64,000 nucleotides of DNA from NCBI RefSeq assembly GCF_036321535.1, contig NC_087437.1:5270001-5334000 (forward strand), given 5' to 3'. The translations under genes and the position numbers were made by a program. This document shows, piece by piece, positions 36,947-49,795 of the stretch (positions are counted from its first letter, which is position 1; each line of letters opens with the position of its first letter). The stretch comes from Camelus dromedarius. Taxonomy: Eukaryota. A model generated the notes under the pieces. It was not told the origin of the DNA, made no database searches, and was given only the letters and a program-made list of their open reading frames with translations.

Positions 36947-37438
36947 CAGTAAGTTTTCACTGTTCATGGGAGTTACGTTCTATAGCGTTTCCACAAACAC
37001 TGAATTAGCAGGTTCTGAAACAGGGCTCCTGGGGAAATACAGGGTTAGTTTCCTGCGAGCCTCTGGTCAGATGTTTGTCACCTGATCAGTACAGAACCTT
37101 GTTTCATGTGTGTTTCTGTTTAAAGACACCTTGTTTAACATATTTTGTAGGTTCATTCATAGCCAGCACTTCAGCACTGCACTTGGGGGCCATTTTAAAC
37201 GGTGAAATCACCAGCACAAAGCGCAAACGTGTCAACGGTGTGGCACTAACTGGACTGCAGATGGGACACTTGTTCCCTTAGCTGGGAACATGCACAGCAG
37301 CAACATTATCTTCTTTGCCACTAAGCATACATCTGCCAGTGACTGTGAAAGCACCAACAGTATTGCCTTGGGGACTACAAACAAATTCAGCAAGTAGGAT
37401 TCACAAATAGGGAATCTGTGAATGAGAAGGACTGACTC
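36947..37438. mobile_element. MER82-like Tigger DNA transposon inserted at a TA within a (TCTA)n-like tract
   Basis: TA|CAGT...acactgaattagc...ggggaaatacagggttag..ttcctgcgagcctctggtca...gggggccattttaaac...gaatctgtgaat...|TA; degenerate TCTA/TCTG repeats on both sides. Confidence 0.8.
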
Positions 37439-37722
37439 TAACTACACCTGTCTGTCCGTCTGTCTATCCATCATTCTTTTAGTGTCATTTCACTAGGATT
37501 TTTCAGAAGAAACAGATGCCTGGGTCCAATCCCCCACATTTAACACAATTTTATTATTTTAATTTTTAAAGGGTCTGCTGGAAGCCACTTCTAAATAGCT
37601 TAGAATCCAGAAGCCATAAAGTAAAAATAAATTTGGTGACATAAAACTCCTACTGCCTGATAAAGGACATGTTATAGAAAGTCAAAAGACAAATGACACG
37701 ATGTGAAAATATTTGCAGCTCA

Positions 37723-38245
37723 AAAGCAACCTAAATGTCTATCAACAGATGACTGGATAAAGAAGATAAATATATATAATGGAATACTATGCAGCCATAA
37801 AAAAGAGTGAAATAATGCCATTTGCTGCAATATGGATGGACCTAGAGATTGTCATACTAAGTGCAACAAGTCAGAGAAAGACAAATACTCTATGATATCA
37901 CTTATATGTAGAATCTAAAAAATTGACACAAACTTATTTATGAAACAGAAATAGACTCACAGACATAGAAAACAAACTTATGGTTATCAAAGGGGAAAGG
38001 GAGTAGGAAGGGATAAATTAGGAGTTTGGGATTAGCAGATATAAACTACTATATAATAAAATAGACAAACAACAAGGTCCTACTGTATAGCACAGGGAAC
38101 TGTATTCAATACTTGGTAATAGTTTATAATAAAAAAGAATATGAAAAGGAATATATATGTATAATGGAATCACTAGGCTGTATACCAGAAATTAACACAA
38201 TATTGTAAACAGACTATACTTCAGTAAAATAAAATATTTAAAAAT
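37723..38245 (+). mobile_element. LINE-1 3' fragment nested in an older L1ME-like relic (about 37600-38720)
   Basis: aagcaacctaaatgtctatcaacagatgactggataaagaag...ctgtatagcacagggaact...actatacttcagtaaaataaaa. Confidence 0.9.
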
Positions 38246-38893
38246 TATAGTCAAAAAAGAGCTTCTAAAAATTGATGAGAAAAAAAATCTCAGAATCTGA
38301 ATTTTAAGATGAATGAAGCGAGTCACAGATAAGGAAATTCTAATGGCTATAAAGCACAGGAAAAAATGCCAAATCTCACAATAAGAGAAACGCAAATCAA
38401 AACTACCCTGAGAAATCATATCTTGACCTAACATATTGGAAAAACCCCGAAGTCTGACAACGACTTAGTTGACAAGGCTGTGGGGGTAGTGAGCATTCTT
38501 GGTTCAAGGCAGGCAGGAGGGCAGATTCCACCTCATGGAGAATGATTTGACAGTATCTCTCAAAATTACAAATACACGTACCCTTTGACCCAACAAGCTC
38601 ACTTCTGGGAATTCAGCCTATATATTAAAAAAATGACACATGTACAAAGTTTCACTGGAGAACTGTCTGCGATAGCAAAACACTGAACATCACCCGTGTT
38701 CCTCAATGCTGGGCTGGTTACATCAGTGTGTTGATCCACAACAGATGCTGGGGGGCTGGGGTAAGGGCTGCTCGCGTGCTGAACCCAGGCATACGGGACA
38801 TGGACAGCAGGGAGAGTGATAATTCCACTTTTGACACGCTGAGTTTGAGAAACCCGTGGAAGGGGGCAGGAGGCAGCAAGATAAAACGGGGCC

Positions 38894-39318
38894 TGTGGCA
38901 GAAAGAATAATGCCCATTCAACCCCTCCAAATCTGTCTACATCCTAATCTCTGGGGCCTGGGAAGAGGCTACCTTCTACGGTAAAAGGGAGCTGGCAGGT
39001 TGAAGTTCTTGAGATGGGGAGATTAATGAGTTGCGCTCGGTGTTATGAAAAAGGGTCCTTAGAAGAGTGGCGGGAGGAGGGTGGGAGTCAGGGAAGGAGG
39101 CGAGAGGTGGAAGCAGAGGGCAGACGGACTAGCCTCGGGCTGGCTGGCCTCTAGAAGTGGAAAAGCAGGAAACAGATACTCCGAGAAAGAAGGCAGCCCT
39201 GCCAGCACCTCGATGATCTTTTACAATCTGTTTTGGACTCTGGCCTCCAGAACCATAAGAGAATGAATTTGTGTTGTTTTAAGCCACTAAGGTTGTTACA
39301 GCAATAGGACACTAACAC
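38894..39318 (+). mobile_element. MaLR MLT1-type LTR
   Basis: TGTGG start and typical end tctggcctccagaaccataagagaatgaatttgtgttgttttaagccactaagg...gcaataggacactaaCA. Confidence 0.8.
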
Positions 39319-40689
39319 ACAGTCTACAGCCAGGGAAAGGTTAGGATGAAAATGAAGGCTTGGAGGCACTGGCCAGCACGGGGCAGATGAAAACCCCAGG
39401 AGAGGTGAGGCTGGCTGAGGACGGGGTCTCTTGGGGACCGGGAGGCAGAAGATGGTAACTGGGATAACCAGGAGGAACTGGCCGAGAGCCGCCCAGGGTA
39501 GGAAACACACTGAAGAAGACAGAGTAATGCCTTGAGGAGGCAGACAACACGAAAGCCTGAGAGACTGTCTCTGGATGGACAGTGGGGTCTCCAAAGACCA
39601 CGGCCAGATGCTTGAAGAGGGAAGTGGCAGACACCAAGAGGTAGTGAGAACAAAACAGGGCATGTAAACGTGTTCTCAGGGAATCTGGGGTTCACCCTCA
39701 CTCTGCCTGGGCTCAGCAGAGACCCTGGCCCCAACAGCACAGGGGGAAAACAGGAGTCACGCTCTCACTGGATGGAAAGTAAAGGGCAGGGCAGGAGGGG
39801 AATGCCAGGCTGGAAAGAAGGACTGGTCCATCTCTATTTATCAAATGGAAAGGGGACGCTCTAACGCTGGGGCGGACCTGCAGAACACTCAGCGGGTCCT
39901 CCAGCAACCCCAAGGACAAGGCTATAGAGGGGATCTCTGTTCACTTATGAATCTCCACATCCAGTCAACCTGGCTCTGTGCTGGGTACGTTGGGAGCAAA
40001 GATGTGTGAGCCCCTTCTCCTGCTGCAGGAAATCCCAGGCTGGGGGATGGTGGGAACAAACATATGCCCCCCCCACCCCCCGACCCTGAGATGGAAGCCA
40101 GCATGAGGTGTGCTGGAGGGAAGGGGACGGGAAGGAAGGACTCCCCCCCACCACCGTTCTCTCTGGGGAAAGGGAAAATCCATCTGAGGCCAGTAGTGGC
40201 TGCGGCGGGCCTGCCTTCCCGGCCCCCGCCCTCCCCCAGCCCCTCTGCAGGACCACAGCCTCTGCCAGCCGGGGGAGGGGCCGGGACGCTGGGCTGGCTG
40301 GGGATGTTGTTTCCCTCTTTGTTTTACACACAATGCCCCAGAAAAACATTTTGCTGATATGTAATTAGGCCAACATAATAGAGTCTAAGAAAGCCATCGG
40401 TATCATTTGAGACAACTTTGGCTTTCATAACGTTCAAAGAGAATACGTTAAAAATGAAAAAAAAAAAAAAAAAAAGCTTAGCTCTTAGAGAAAGAAAAGA
40501 GAGCAGCAGAAAATACATACAGTGCGTAGACGGCTCCCTCTCCATGACGCGCCACCCACCCCTGCTGGTTAATTCACATCTTTGCCTGATTTTTCTCTGC
40601 CACCAAAGAAAGGCAACCAAGTCTGCAGCCCTTCGAGAGCCCAGCAAAATAATAATAATAATGCTTGGACTGTTGTATTATTTGAGACA

Positions 40690-41300
40690 GATCGCTTGCA
40701 AAAATGGCCTCAGTGATGACCTTCAGGCATCCAGGCCTCTTTACAAGGCAACACGGCAGGTCCTCCCATAAGGAGGCAGAGCCCACTCCTCCACCCTGTG
40801 AATCTGGGCTGGGCTCGTGACTCGCTCTGACTAGCAGAATACGGTCCTTGTGAGCCCTGAGCCTAGGCCTCGAGTGACCTCGCTGCTTCCACCTGCTCTC
40901 CTGGGATCGTGCCTGCAGCATGAGGACAAGCCCAGGCTGGCCTGTTGGATGATGAAAGTCACGTGGCCCAACCAGCCGACGGACATGAGAGATGCCATCT
41001 TGGACCATCAAGGCACCAGGTGACCCACTGGTGACTCCAGCAGCAGAGGGAGTCCTGCTGAGGTTACAGGAGCTTAGACCAGATCACCAAAATCACCCAG
41101 CTGGCCTGTGCACTCACTACAACCATAAAGGGTGTTTTTTGTTTGTTTGTTTTTAATGGAGGTACTGGAGATTGAACCCCGGATCCTGTGCATGCTAAGC
41201 ACGTGCTCTACCACTGAGCTCTACCCTCTCTCAAAGGCGGTTATTTTATTTCACTAAGCTTTGGGTGCCTTATATTCCACAGCAGAAGCAAACTGATATA
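40690..41300 (+). mobile_element. MaLR MLT1-type LTR carrying a SINE near its 3' end
   Basis: gaatctgggctgggctcgtgactcgctctgactagcagaat...gccatcttggacc...cagcagaagcaaactgata. Confidence 0.7.
41135..41230 (-). mobile_element. tRNA-Ala-derived SINE (Vic-1-like), short form
   Basis: Antisense tRNA-like head plus (TTTG)n tail. Confidence 0.88.
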
Positions 41301-42360
41301 TTATGATTATTCCAGGAAGAGCCAAATGCCTGGGCAAATCCCTAGGAGGAAAATCATAGTGCAAGTCCCCTCGTCTGGTCGGAGAGAAGCAGAACGTACT
41401 CGCTGCTGCTGAACAGAGCTCGGGGCGGCCAGCTTCTCACCACACTCAAAGCTGGCATACCCAGCTCTCATCTCCTCCTCACAGACGCACTGCCCCCTGG
41501 CACACCTGCAGCCCTGATGTCTCATTTATGACAAGCCACCGTGAGGCACGGCCACGCCACCGGCGCACTCTGGGAGGCAGAGATAAACACCCCCCTGCTG
41601 GAGAAGAGCGCACTGGCTCGAGATCCTGTCCGGGCTTCTCCCGAGGCACCACCCACGCCAAGCTGGCAGCAACCCTGAACCTGCAGTGCAAGATAACACT
41701 CTCCTGGATTCCAGGCTGGGCGGGTGATGTGGTCCTGGAGTGTGCAGCTCGGGGGAGGGGTCAGGGCCGCGGAGGGGAAGGACAGGAGGTGGCATGCACG
41801 CCCTGCATCAGAGCTCCTGCTGACACGCGCCCGGTGGGCAGCAGGAGAACCATGCCAGGTGTGTTACCATAAAGGGCCCCCAGGTGACGTTAGAGAAATG
41901 AGGCTGGACGTTCCAAGGTCAAGGGGGTGCAGGGCAGACTCTGACCCTGAGTATGGGCAGACGGGGCTGCAGTTGCCAAGTGCAGATGGATAAGGAGCTC
42001 AAAGCTGCAGGCTGCTCTGAGGGACCACCTGCTGCGAGGCCGCCCTCCTCCAGAAGCTGCCTGAATGCATCGGGGGTGAGCCTGTCCTCTCCAGCAGACC
42101 TGGAAACAGCTTTGCTTGATATCAGTTAAACCAGACACATTTTCTCCATCCAGGGACTGGCCAAGTCCCTCCCACTTGCTTCGAGGAGCGAGAGGAAATT
42201 AATAAGACTTTCTGGGAGTAAGCAGGATGTGTCATTTTATTACTCTCTTTAGACAAAATGAGGTGGGTGACGGATCCTATGTTTAACCTTTCTTCCTTCT
42301 TTCATTTTTCACCTTATCTACAAGCCAGAAAAGAAAGGCTTTAAAAAGAGCTTTCCTACA

Positions 42361-42455
42361 TATACGTGTATGCATATGTATAACTGAATCACTTTGCTGT
42401 GCACCTGAGACTGACATTGTAAGTCAAGTACACTTCAATAAAAAATAAGGATTAG
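42361..42455 (+). mobile_element. Very short L1 3' end insertion
   Basis: ataactgaatcactttgctgtgcacctgag...acttcaataaaaaa; TSD AAAGAGCTTTC at 42345-42355 and 42456-42466. Confidence 0.82.
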
Positions 42456-42551
42456 AAAGAGCTTTCTCACAGTACAAAATGAAAAGGTATTTATTTTGGA
42501 GTAGGGGCTGGGGAAGTTTGTCAGCAAAAACTCTAGAATTTAAAACCACAT

Positions 42552-42690
42552 GGTGGGGAGGGTGTAGCTCAGTGGTAGAGCACATGCTTGGCATACACGA
42601 GGTCCTGGGTTCAATCCCCAGTACCTCCACTAAAAAAATAAACAAATAAATGAACCTAATTACCTTCTCTCCAAAAACAAATGAACAAAC
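42552..42690 (+). mobile_element. tRNA-Ala-derived SINE (Vic-1-like), long form
   Basis: A/B box head, AACCTAATTACC segment and A tail; TSD aaaac(c/t)acat at 42542-42551 and 42691-42700. Confidence 0.9.
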
Positions 42691-43124
42691 AAAACTACAT
42701 CAAAGTTATCACCTTCACCTACAGTAGATTCCTGACTGCTTACCAACCATCGTGAAAGAACCTTTCAATCAAAATGTGACATGAAGCACATGATAAAACC
42801 AAAGAATATTCATGACCTACAGGACTGAAAAAAAAAAAAAAAAGGAAACCACCTAAAATCCACTGATAGAAAACAAACTAAATAAATTAAATATGATCGT
42901 TCAGATACCAAAATAGTCTACAGCCATTTAAAGTGCTGAAATAGAAAGGGTATAAATACCATCTCATTAAAAAATATGCAAATGTATATAGAATATAGAC
43001 GAGAAGGAAACACACCGAGACGTTACGTGAGCAACTTCTCAGTCACGAGAGTGGGATGATTTTGTTCCCTTTTTTTGTATTTTCTAAGCTGTCTTCAATA
43101 CCATGCATCAGTTTCTCAAAACGC

Positions 43125-43670
43125 CTTAAAATGTCACTGACGTATCTAAAATTTCACCCGTTTATAGTACACAAGCCAGTGGTTTTCAATATTCACACAG
43201 TTGTGCAACCATGACCACAGTGTAAGCTTAGAACATTTTCATCACCTCCTCCCCAAATTCCTGTACCCGTTAGCAACCTCTAATCCACTTTCTGTTTCTA
43301 TAGATCTGCCTAATCAGAACATTTCATATAAATGGAACCACAGAACGTGTGGGCTTTTGTCCCTGGCTTTCATTTTAGCATCGAGTTTCCAAGGTTCATC
43401 CCTGTTGGAGCACGTGTTAGTACTTATGCCTTTTCATTTCCGAATAATATTCCATTATACGTGCATACCATATTCGGTTTATTTATTCATCACTTGATGG
43501 GTATTTGGACTGTCTCCACTTTTTGGCTATTATGAATAACGCTAGTATGGAGATTTACATATAGGTGTTTGTGCAGACCTACGTTTCCATTTCTCTTGGA
43601 TACATGCCTTGGTGTGGAATTGCTGGGGCAGTCATAGGGTAACTATGCTTCATGTTGTGAAGAACTGTCC
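43125..43670 (-). mobile_element. L1MB-like 3' fragment
   Basis: aaatttcacccgttt...tattcacacagttgtgcaaccat...ttttggctattatgaataacgct...gtggaattgctggg. Confidence 0.8.
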
Positions 43671-43904
43671 AAGCATCACTTTTGTAATAAGAAAAAAAAA
43701 AGTTATGAAAGTTTAAGAACAGATGTCTTGGCCTCATCAGACTAGCTTTGGAGTCGTCTTGTCGAATTTGCCAAGTGGTAACCCCCTTTCACCTTAGATG
43801 AAGAGGATGTTTAAGAGTTTTGTCTCCAAGAGGCCACTGACTTATAAGCAACAGGTCAACCATGCATCATCCCAGCTGATTAAAGCATCAGGGTGGTTCT
43901 CGGG

Positions 43905-44065
43905 CCAGTGGTTCCTGGCTGGTTGGATTTTTAACATGAAGATGCTTATTCTCCACCCCTAGACCTGCTGACTCTGAATCTCCCGGAGTGGTGCCTGGGA
44001 ATGTGCATTTGTAGCAAGTCCATGAGGTGATTCTGAGGGTCCATAAGGTTTTGGAACCACTTCTC
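43905..44065. mobile_element. MER5-like hAT element
   Basis: ccagtggttc...agacctgctgactctgaatctccc...gcctgggaatgtgcattt...ggtgattctga...ttggaaccact. Confidence 0.7.
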
Positions 44066-45869
44066 TAGTGCTCCCTGCCCAAGGCAGGGCGGCCACCTCC
44101 ATCACTCCTTCATCTCATGGGAACTGAATACGTGAACACCCAGTACCTGGGAGTTGACAGCCTCACGTCCCAGCTACTTCCTCCGCCAAATGGTTCCATG
44201 AGAGCTCCCCAAAGGACCTAGCTTTTCCCTTGCCATCGAGGAAAACAGAGTTGACCTCCTTTATCAGAGGCTGGCCCTTCAAAAATACGGAACCAGCTAC
44301 CTGACTGCCCTTGTTTTTTCCTCTTCCAACATAAACATGCCCACTTGGTTTTAACCATTTCCAGGCACGTCCTCCACTGCTGTCCACCTCACAGTCCGTC
44401 TGTGCTCCCCATCAGATGCAGGAGAGCAGTAGGACAGGAGACTCCTAGTCAGCTGGCATCACACTGAACAACAGAAGGAAGACAGCCTCCCGTGTCCGTG
44501 TCCACAATACGGCCAGTTATCCCATACGCGTAGGAGGGACCTCACGCTGTTCCAGATTCACCCAACCGAGGCTGGATGAAAACTCGACACAGGCAAGGAG
44601 GTAATTCATTTGGATCCAGGGAACATGGGTATCAAGAATGGCTAGTCCTTGACGCAAGGAGTTTGTAAAACACGTTAAAAAAAAAATTAAACAACTCCAA
44701 AGGAAGGTGCAACATGGTACGTGCCAGAAGGGAGCGAGCACGCACCCAGCTGACGGCATCGAGGGCAACCTCACAAACGGCTGGACCAGGAAGGAAGCAT
44801 CTCCCAGGTGGAGGCACAGGTGGACACGGGACTCCGCAAACCGCAGGAGAGAACAAAAATGGAGGGACCTGGAAACCCCCCCTTTTGTCACCACTCCAAG
44901 TATCCGGAGTATCTGGAGGGGAGCAGTGGGGACACTGTTCACCTGAATTAAACTTAAGCATCAGAACTGCTTTCAGATCAGGTGTCCCCGTGCTGGATTA
45001 TTGACTTTTCCCCCCACTTAAATGTAATTGATTTTTTTATACTTAAACGTATCCTATTAAGTTTTATTGGGCTGGTTTTGACTCAACATTCAAAAATGAA
45101 TAGATAATGAGATTGAAAGGAGTTTATGAAGTCAGGGAAACCTCCTCAAAAAAGAAGGTGCATCAGAAAAGTAATTTTCAGGGTTTCTAGTTTTGTCTCT
45201 TTACCTCTTTTAAAAAAAAAAAAAGTAGTGGGAGGTTTCCCACGACCATGGGCTATAATCTAATTTAGAAGCCCAATGTGTTAAAGCAGATAGATTCAGA
45301 AAATACAGCTCTGGTTGCCATTGGTTTCAGTGGGTTTTCCAGAATCTTTCCCACTCCCCACTCTCAACCATGCCCTCGATCCTCACCCACCAGTGCCCAA
45401 ATGAAACAGTTTTCTGGAGCCCAAAAGCATCCCTGGTCTTCCTGATGGTCACTCAGTATACACCACAGCCTCCCAGCTGTGGGTCCCCTGCCTTCCAGGT
45501 CTCTACACAAGACACTGAAAAACATGTGACCCAGGACAAGACACAGGATGACATCATTGGGCCCACAAAGAAAGATCTCCATCCAGTGAAAGCAGATCCT
45601 TACTGAGTGTAGCCTCTCAACTAGTTCACTCCACCCAGAGGCCCTTCTTTTAATTTAGTTTCACTAAAATTCTTAGCTAAGTGAATTTTAAAAGAACACA
45701 TTTCAAGAAGTGGTGATGAACGATCATGTAACTACAAGAACCCCCTCCAACCCTCTGTACTTATTAATTTAATTAAGCCAACTTCTTGGAGAACCATTGG
45801 CCCTGTCCTCCCAGGAGGTTCAGCTTTTAAGAAGGCTCCCAGGCTGTCTGTGCCTTTAAAAAGTTCTTC

Positions 45870-46130
45870 TGGGGGCCACATGGAGAGCCGAAAAGGAATG
45901 CAGGCAGTTCTCAGGAGCAAAGATCTGCCCTTGGCTGGCAGCCAGCAGGAAGCAAGAACCTCAGTCCTACAACCACAAGGACCTGGATTCGGCCAACAAC
46001 CTGAATGAGCTTGGGAGAAGGATGCAGCTCTGCCAGCCCGTGATTTCAGCCTTGTGAGACCCAAAGTAGAGGACCCAGTGGAGGCCACCTGGACTTTCTG
46101 ACTTCCAGCAAGTATAAGACAATAAATTGT
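45870..46130 (+). mobile_element. MaLR MLT1-type LTR fragment followed by (TG)n
   Basis: cagtcctacaaccacaaggacctggattcggccaacaacctgaatgagcttgg...cagccttgtgagacc. Confidence 0.75.
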
Positions 46131-46179
46131 GTGCGTGTGCGTGCGTGTGTGTGTGTGTGTGTTTAAGGCTCTTGTAGAA

Positions 46180-46361
46180 AACAACCAGTTTCTTCTGCCT
46201 AGCACAGGGAACTACATCAATCTCTTGTAATAATCTATAATGAAAAAGACTGTGAAAAGGAATACATGTATGTTCATGTATGACTGAAACATGATGCTTG
46301 CTGTACATCAGAAATTGACACAACACTGTAAACTGACTATGCTTCTAAAATAATACATAAA
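46180..46361 (+). mobile_element. Short L1 3' UTR insertion
   Basis: tagcacagggaact...gaaattgacacaacactgtaaactgactat; TSD taa(g/a)gctcttgtagaa at 46164-46179 and 46362-46377. Confidence 0.88.
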
Positions 46362-46437
46362 TAAAGCTCTTGTAGAATTATTTCCCACCCTTCTAATCCC
46401 AAACACACTGGGAAGACCTAAAGATAAAGCCCTTCTT

Positions 46438-46541
46438 TGGGGGAGGGTGTAGCTCAGTGGTAGAGCACGTGCTTAGCATGCACGAGGTCCTGGGTTCAAT
46501 CCCCAGCACCTCCGTTAAAAAAATAAAAAAATAAAAAATAA
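46438..46541 (+). mobile_element. tRNA-Ala(AGC)-derived SINE (Vic-1-like), short form, near-intact cloverleaf
   Basis: Perfect 14-bp TSD ATAAAGCCCTTCTT at 46424-46437 and 46542-46555; A-rich tail. Confidence 0.93.
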
Positions 46542-48209
46542 ATAAAGCCCTTCTTATCACCTTGAGGGCTGCTTCCTTTCTGTCATTCTGTGGCCTGCAA
46601 TGAGTGTTTCAAGGCAGACTACTTTTTAAAGATCAAGTTGTCCCAGGATCTTGGAAATGTGACAGTTCCCTGCACTCTCCTCTCCTCTGCAGCCAGGCTC
46701 TGAATTCGCCATGCTCCCTGGTCGTCCCATACCACACAGTGCCTCCTCATCTCAGCAGCCTTAAAAGGTTCCTGGTGATTTAGGATCTCTCACCACCCCT
46801 CAGGAAGCTTGAGAAGGAAGAGAAGTGATTTACGGGTGTGGAAAGGCCAGGGGGTGGGTGTTCATTTTTAATGACCACCCTCTTCCCTCCGGTTAAAGGA
46901 ATCAATCCTTTCTGCCCAAATTTCGTCCATTCATCATGTTTCCACAGTGGCTGACACACAGTAGGAACTCAATATTTATTTGTTGAATAAATTTTTAAAA
47001 GATCTAACGTATCTGTATAACTAAATTTTGCATAGGAAGTGAAATACAGGAATCTGAGAAAACGGGACCAGAGTTTCTGGAAGAAAAACGTGCTGAGAGA
47101 GTAAAAGTCAAATTCTTCCTTTCGTCACCGCACTCTGCGAGCTGTCGCCAAGTCCAAGGCTAGTCTTCTTTAAAACGCTTCCAGCAGCATCCTAGTCCCG
47201 CTCAGCGGCAAACACTGTGGCAGCCCCTTGGTAGCCCAGGCCCGTCTTCCCAGCTGACACCCTCTCCAGCCCCAGCTAACTGTGATCTTGACAGTGACGA
47301 GGGTCTGTGACCCAGTCCTGGGCAAGGAGACCCAAGGGAAACTCCGCTTGGGACTTCCTGGGAAAGGTCTGACTTGCTAATAAAAAAGGGCACATGGCAG
47401 GAAATGCCCTGTTCTTCCCAACGGTCACCATGTGCCCAGGAGATGCTCGGGGCTGCCGCAGCTGACCCCGCAGACAGGCCGAGGACCAGACTGCAGAAGG
47501 TGGCAGCACCCGGGGCCCTGAAGGTGTCCCCAGGCCATGGAAAAAGCTGACTCGGCGACCTCCCCAACACCCCCACCTCCCTCCAGCCCTCCTGCCGGGT
47601 GAGATGCAACAACGAATCCAGACCATGTAAGCCACTGCCAGGTGGGTGTTCTGCGGCTCGAATTCACACTTCACTGCAGTGACGCACTAACAGTGTGTGT
47701 GCTTACAAGTCATCTGTTTGTTTTCCCGGTGTGATCGGAATTGTTTTAAAAAAAATTTCTTTTCTTATTTTCAAGACAAGAAGCTAGAAAAAAAATATAA
47801 AAAAGACAGGAACATATTGTCCTAGTTGTTTGTATAAACTGTTTCAGTGGATATCATAAGTAACGTAATATTATATAATTTTGTTCAAAAGAAAATATTT
47901 TTATCTATCTGCACATACACTTATATGTTGTCACTATTAAATACCTGTAATACAAACGAAAACTCTTGCAAGTTATTGTAAAAACCTGCATAATTGGATG
48001 GAGGGAAGTGTCCCCTGTATCTGGGTGACAGGGCCCCTGAGGAAACACAACTGTCACCCAGGTTTGGGTGACGACGTGGCGATCGACGTGTTAAAAATTA
48101 CTTGCAAACGAGAAGTCGTAGGAGAAAAGAGTGTGTGGAAGACGACACCTGTTTTACTTTCTTTCCTGCAAGGAGAAACTAAGGACGCGCAGAGCCTAAG
48201 AGAACAAAG

Positions 48210-48295
48210 GGTGTGGTGCGGCGGGGCAGGGGCGGCATGGCAGGGTCGGCGGGGCAGGGGCGGTGGGGCAGGGGTGGCAGGGCAGGGGCAGCGGA
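48210..48295. repeat. G-rich GGGGCAGGGGCGG-like degenerate repeat
   Basis: Direct reading; many G3/G4 runs. Confidence 0.8.
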
Positions 48296-48451
48296 GCCAG
48301 GCACCTTCGAAAAGCTGACTTCTAATTACGCAAGTAAGGTGAATATTCCTCTCTACAAAAATGAAAATATTACAGATAAAGCTACATCCTAGTGTTCCGC
48401 TCCCAGCCCCCCAGGACCACCATCATCAGCCTGATGGGGGTCTTTACAGGC

Positions 48452-48707
48452 TTTTTGGGGGGAGGGGGGAGTGGTTAGGTTTGTTTACTTATTTATTTAT
48501 TTTTATTTATATAATGGAGGTGCTGGAGATTGAACCCAGAACCTCGTGCATGCTAAGCATCTGCTCTACCACTGAGCTCTACCCTTCCCCCTAATATTTT
48601 ATTTTATTAAATTAAATTAAATTAAATTAAAAATTTTTAATGGAGGTACTGGGGATTGAACCCAGGACCTCATGCATGCTAAGCCACTGAGCTTTACCCC
48701 CCACCCC
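48452..48707 (-). mobile_element. Two tandem tRNA-derived SINEs (about 48452-48591 and 48595-48707; the second internally deleted, with an (ATTAA)n tail)
   Basis: Two antisense GGTTCAATC B-box heads in the same orientation. Confidence 0.88.
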
Positions 48708-49683
48708 AGGCATTTTTTCTGCATTTACATATCCCCACAGAATATACATCCTATTATTTCGTGAAGTTTTTCTCCTACTGATGGCATCAAACTGGTGATG
48801 GTGTCTCCGTACTGACCAGGGTTCTGAGAAAGAACCAACAGAATGGGTAGAGACACAGATAGACAGATATTTCAGACTATATATAAATAAAATCATCTGA
48901 GCTGTGTCTGCTCTGGGCCAAAAAGAGTGGAGTTACCGCCTGGGAGGGGCTGGTCCTTCCACAGCAGGGACCATCCACAGGAAAAGCGTCTCTATCACAG
49001 GAGAAAGGCAGAGAACAGCTGTCTTTGGCACAAAAGGCTATGATCTCAGAAACAAAATGATTATCTTGGAGAAACCATGGCAATGAAAAAAATGCCAGAT
49101 GGTTTAAGAGAACAAATATTGGCTCCCTTGTCAGAGCAGAAGGTGGTGAATTGTAGATACCAAAGACACTGACGTGACTCCCTGGCAAGTCCCAGTGTGG
49201 ACGGTCACAGAGATGGTCGGGAGACCTGGAAAGAGAAGACTGATCCCCAGAAGCCTGCACAAGGCACAGACATCCCGTGTTGTCGGACGGGGCTGTGGGA
49301 CAGGTGGGTGGACCGTGCCCCAGAGTGGGTTCCAACTGCAGACGTGCCTCTCACCATCCCCTCAGGGATAAGACAGTGACTTTTTGGTGGGACAATAGAG
49401 CCATCTGAAACCTCTGCACAGGGGGCTGGGGTCCCAGTAGGGATCAGAGCAGAGATTCCCACAGCGTGCCAAAGGATCGTGTCCTCCATCTAGTTTGCTT
49501 GACACTGGATCAGACAGGTGCCAGCCTACATGGGAAACGCTCAGAGAAGCCAAGGCTGGGACCACTCCCCAAACGCAGGATGAGACCATCATGATCACAG
49601 ATACCTCTCTCCACAGGCTGGGAAAATGGGCAGAAACTATTGGGAGGAGAGGTCCTGGGAGTCAATTCAAGACTGAACACACA

Positions 49684-49795
49684 GTGGGGGCTGGGGTTGG
49701 GGGGTAGAGCTCAGCGGTAGAGTGCATGCTTAGCGTGCACGAAGTCCTGGGTTCAATCACCAGGACCTCCAGTGAAAAAAAAAAAAAGAAAAGAA
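49684..49795 (+). mobile_element. tRNA-Ala-derived SINE (Vic-1-like) with G-rich 5' extension
   Basis: TSD aaga(c/t)tgaacacaca at 49669-49683 and 49796-49810. Confidence 0.9.

Noticed and set aside
46438..46514. Genuine tRNA-Ala gene
   Set aside because: Flanked by a TSD with an A tail, no adjacent T-run terminator, and about 10 diverged paralogues in the window; it is a SINE.
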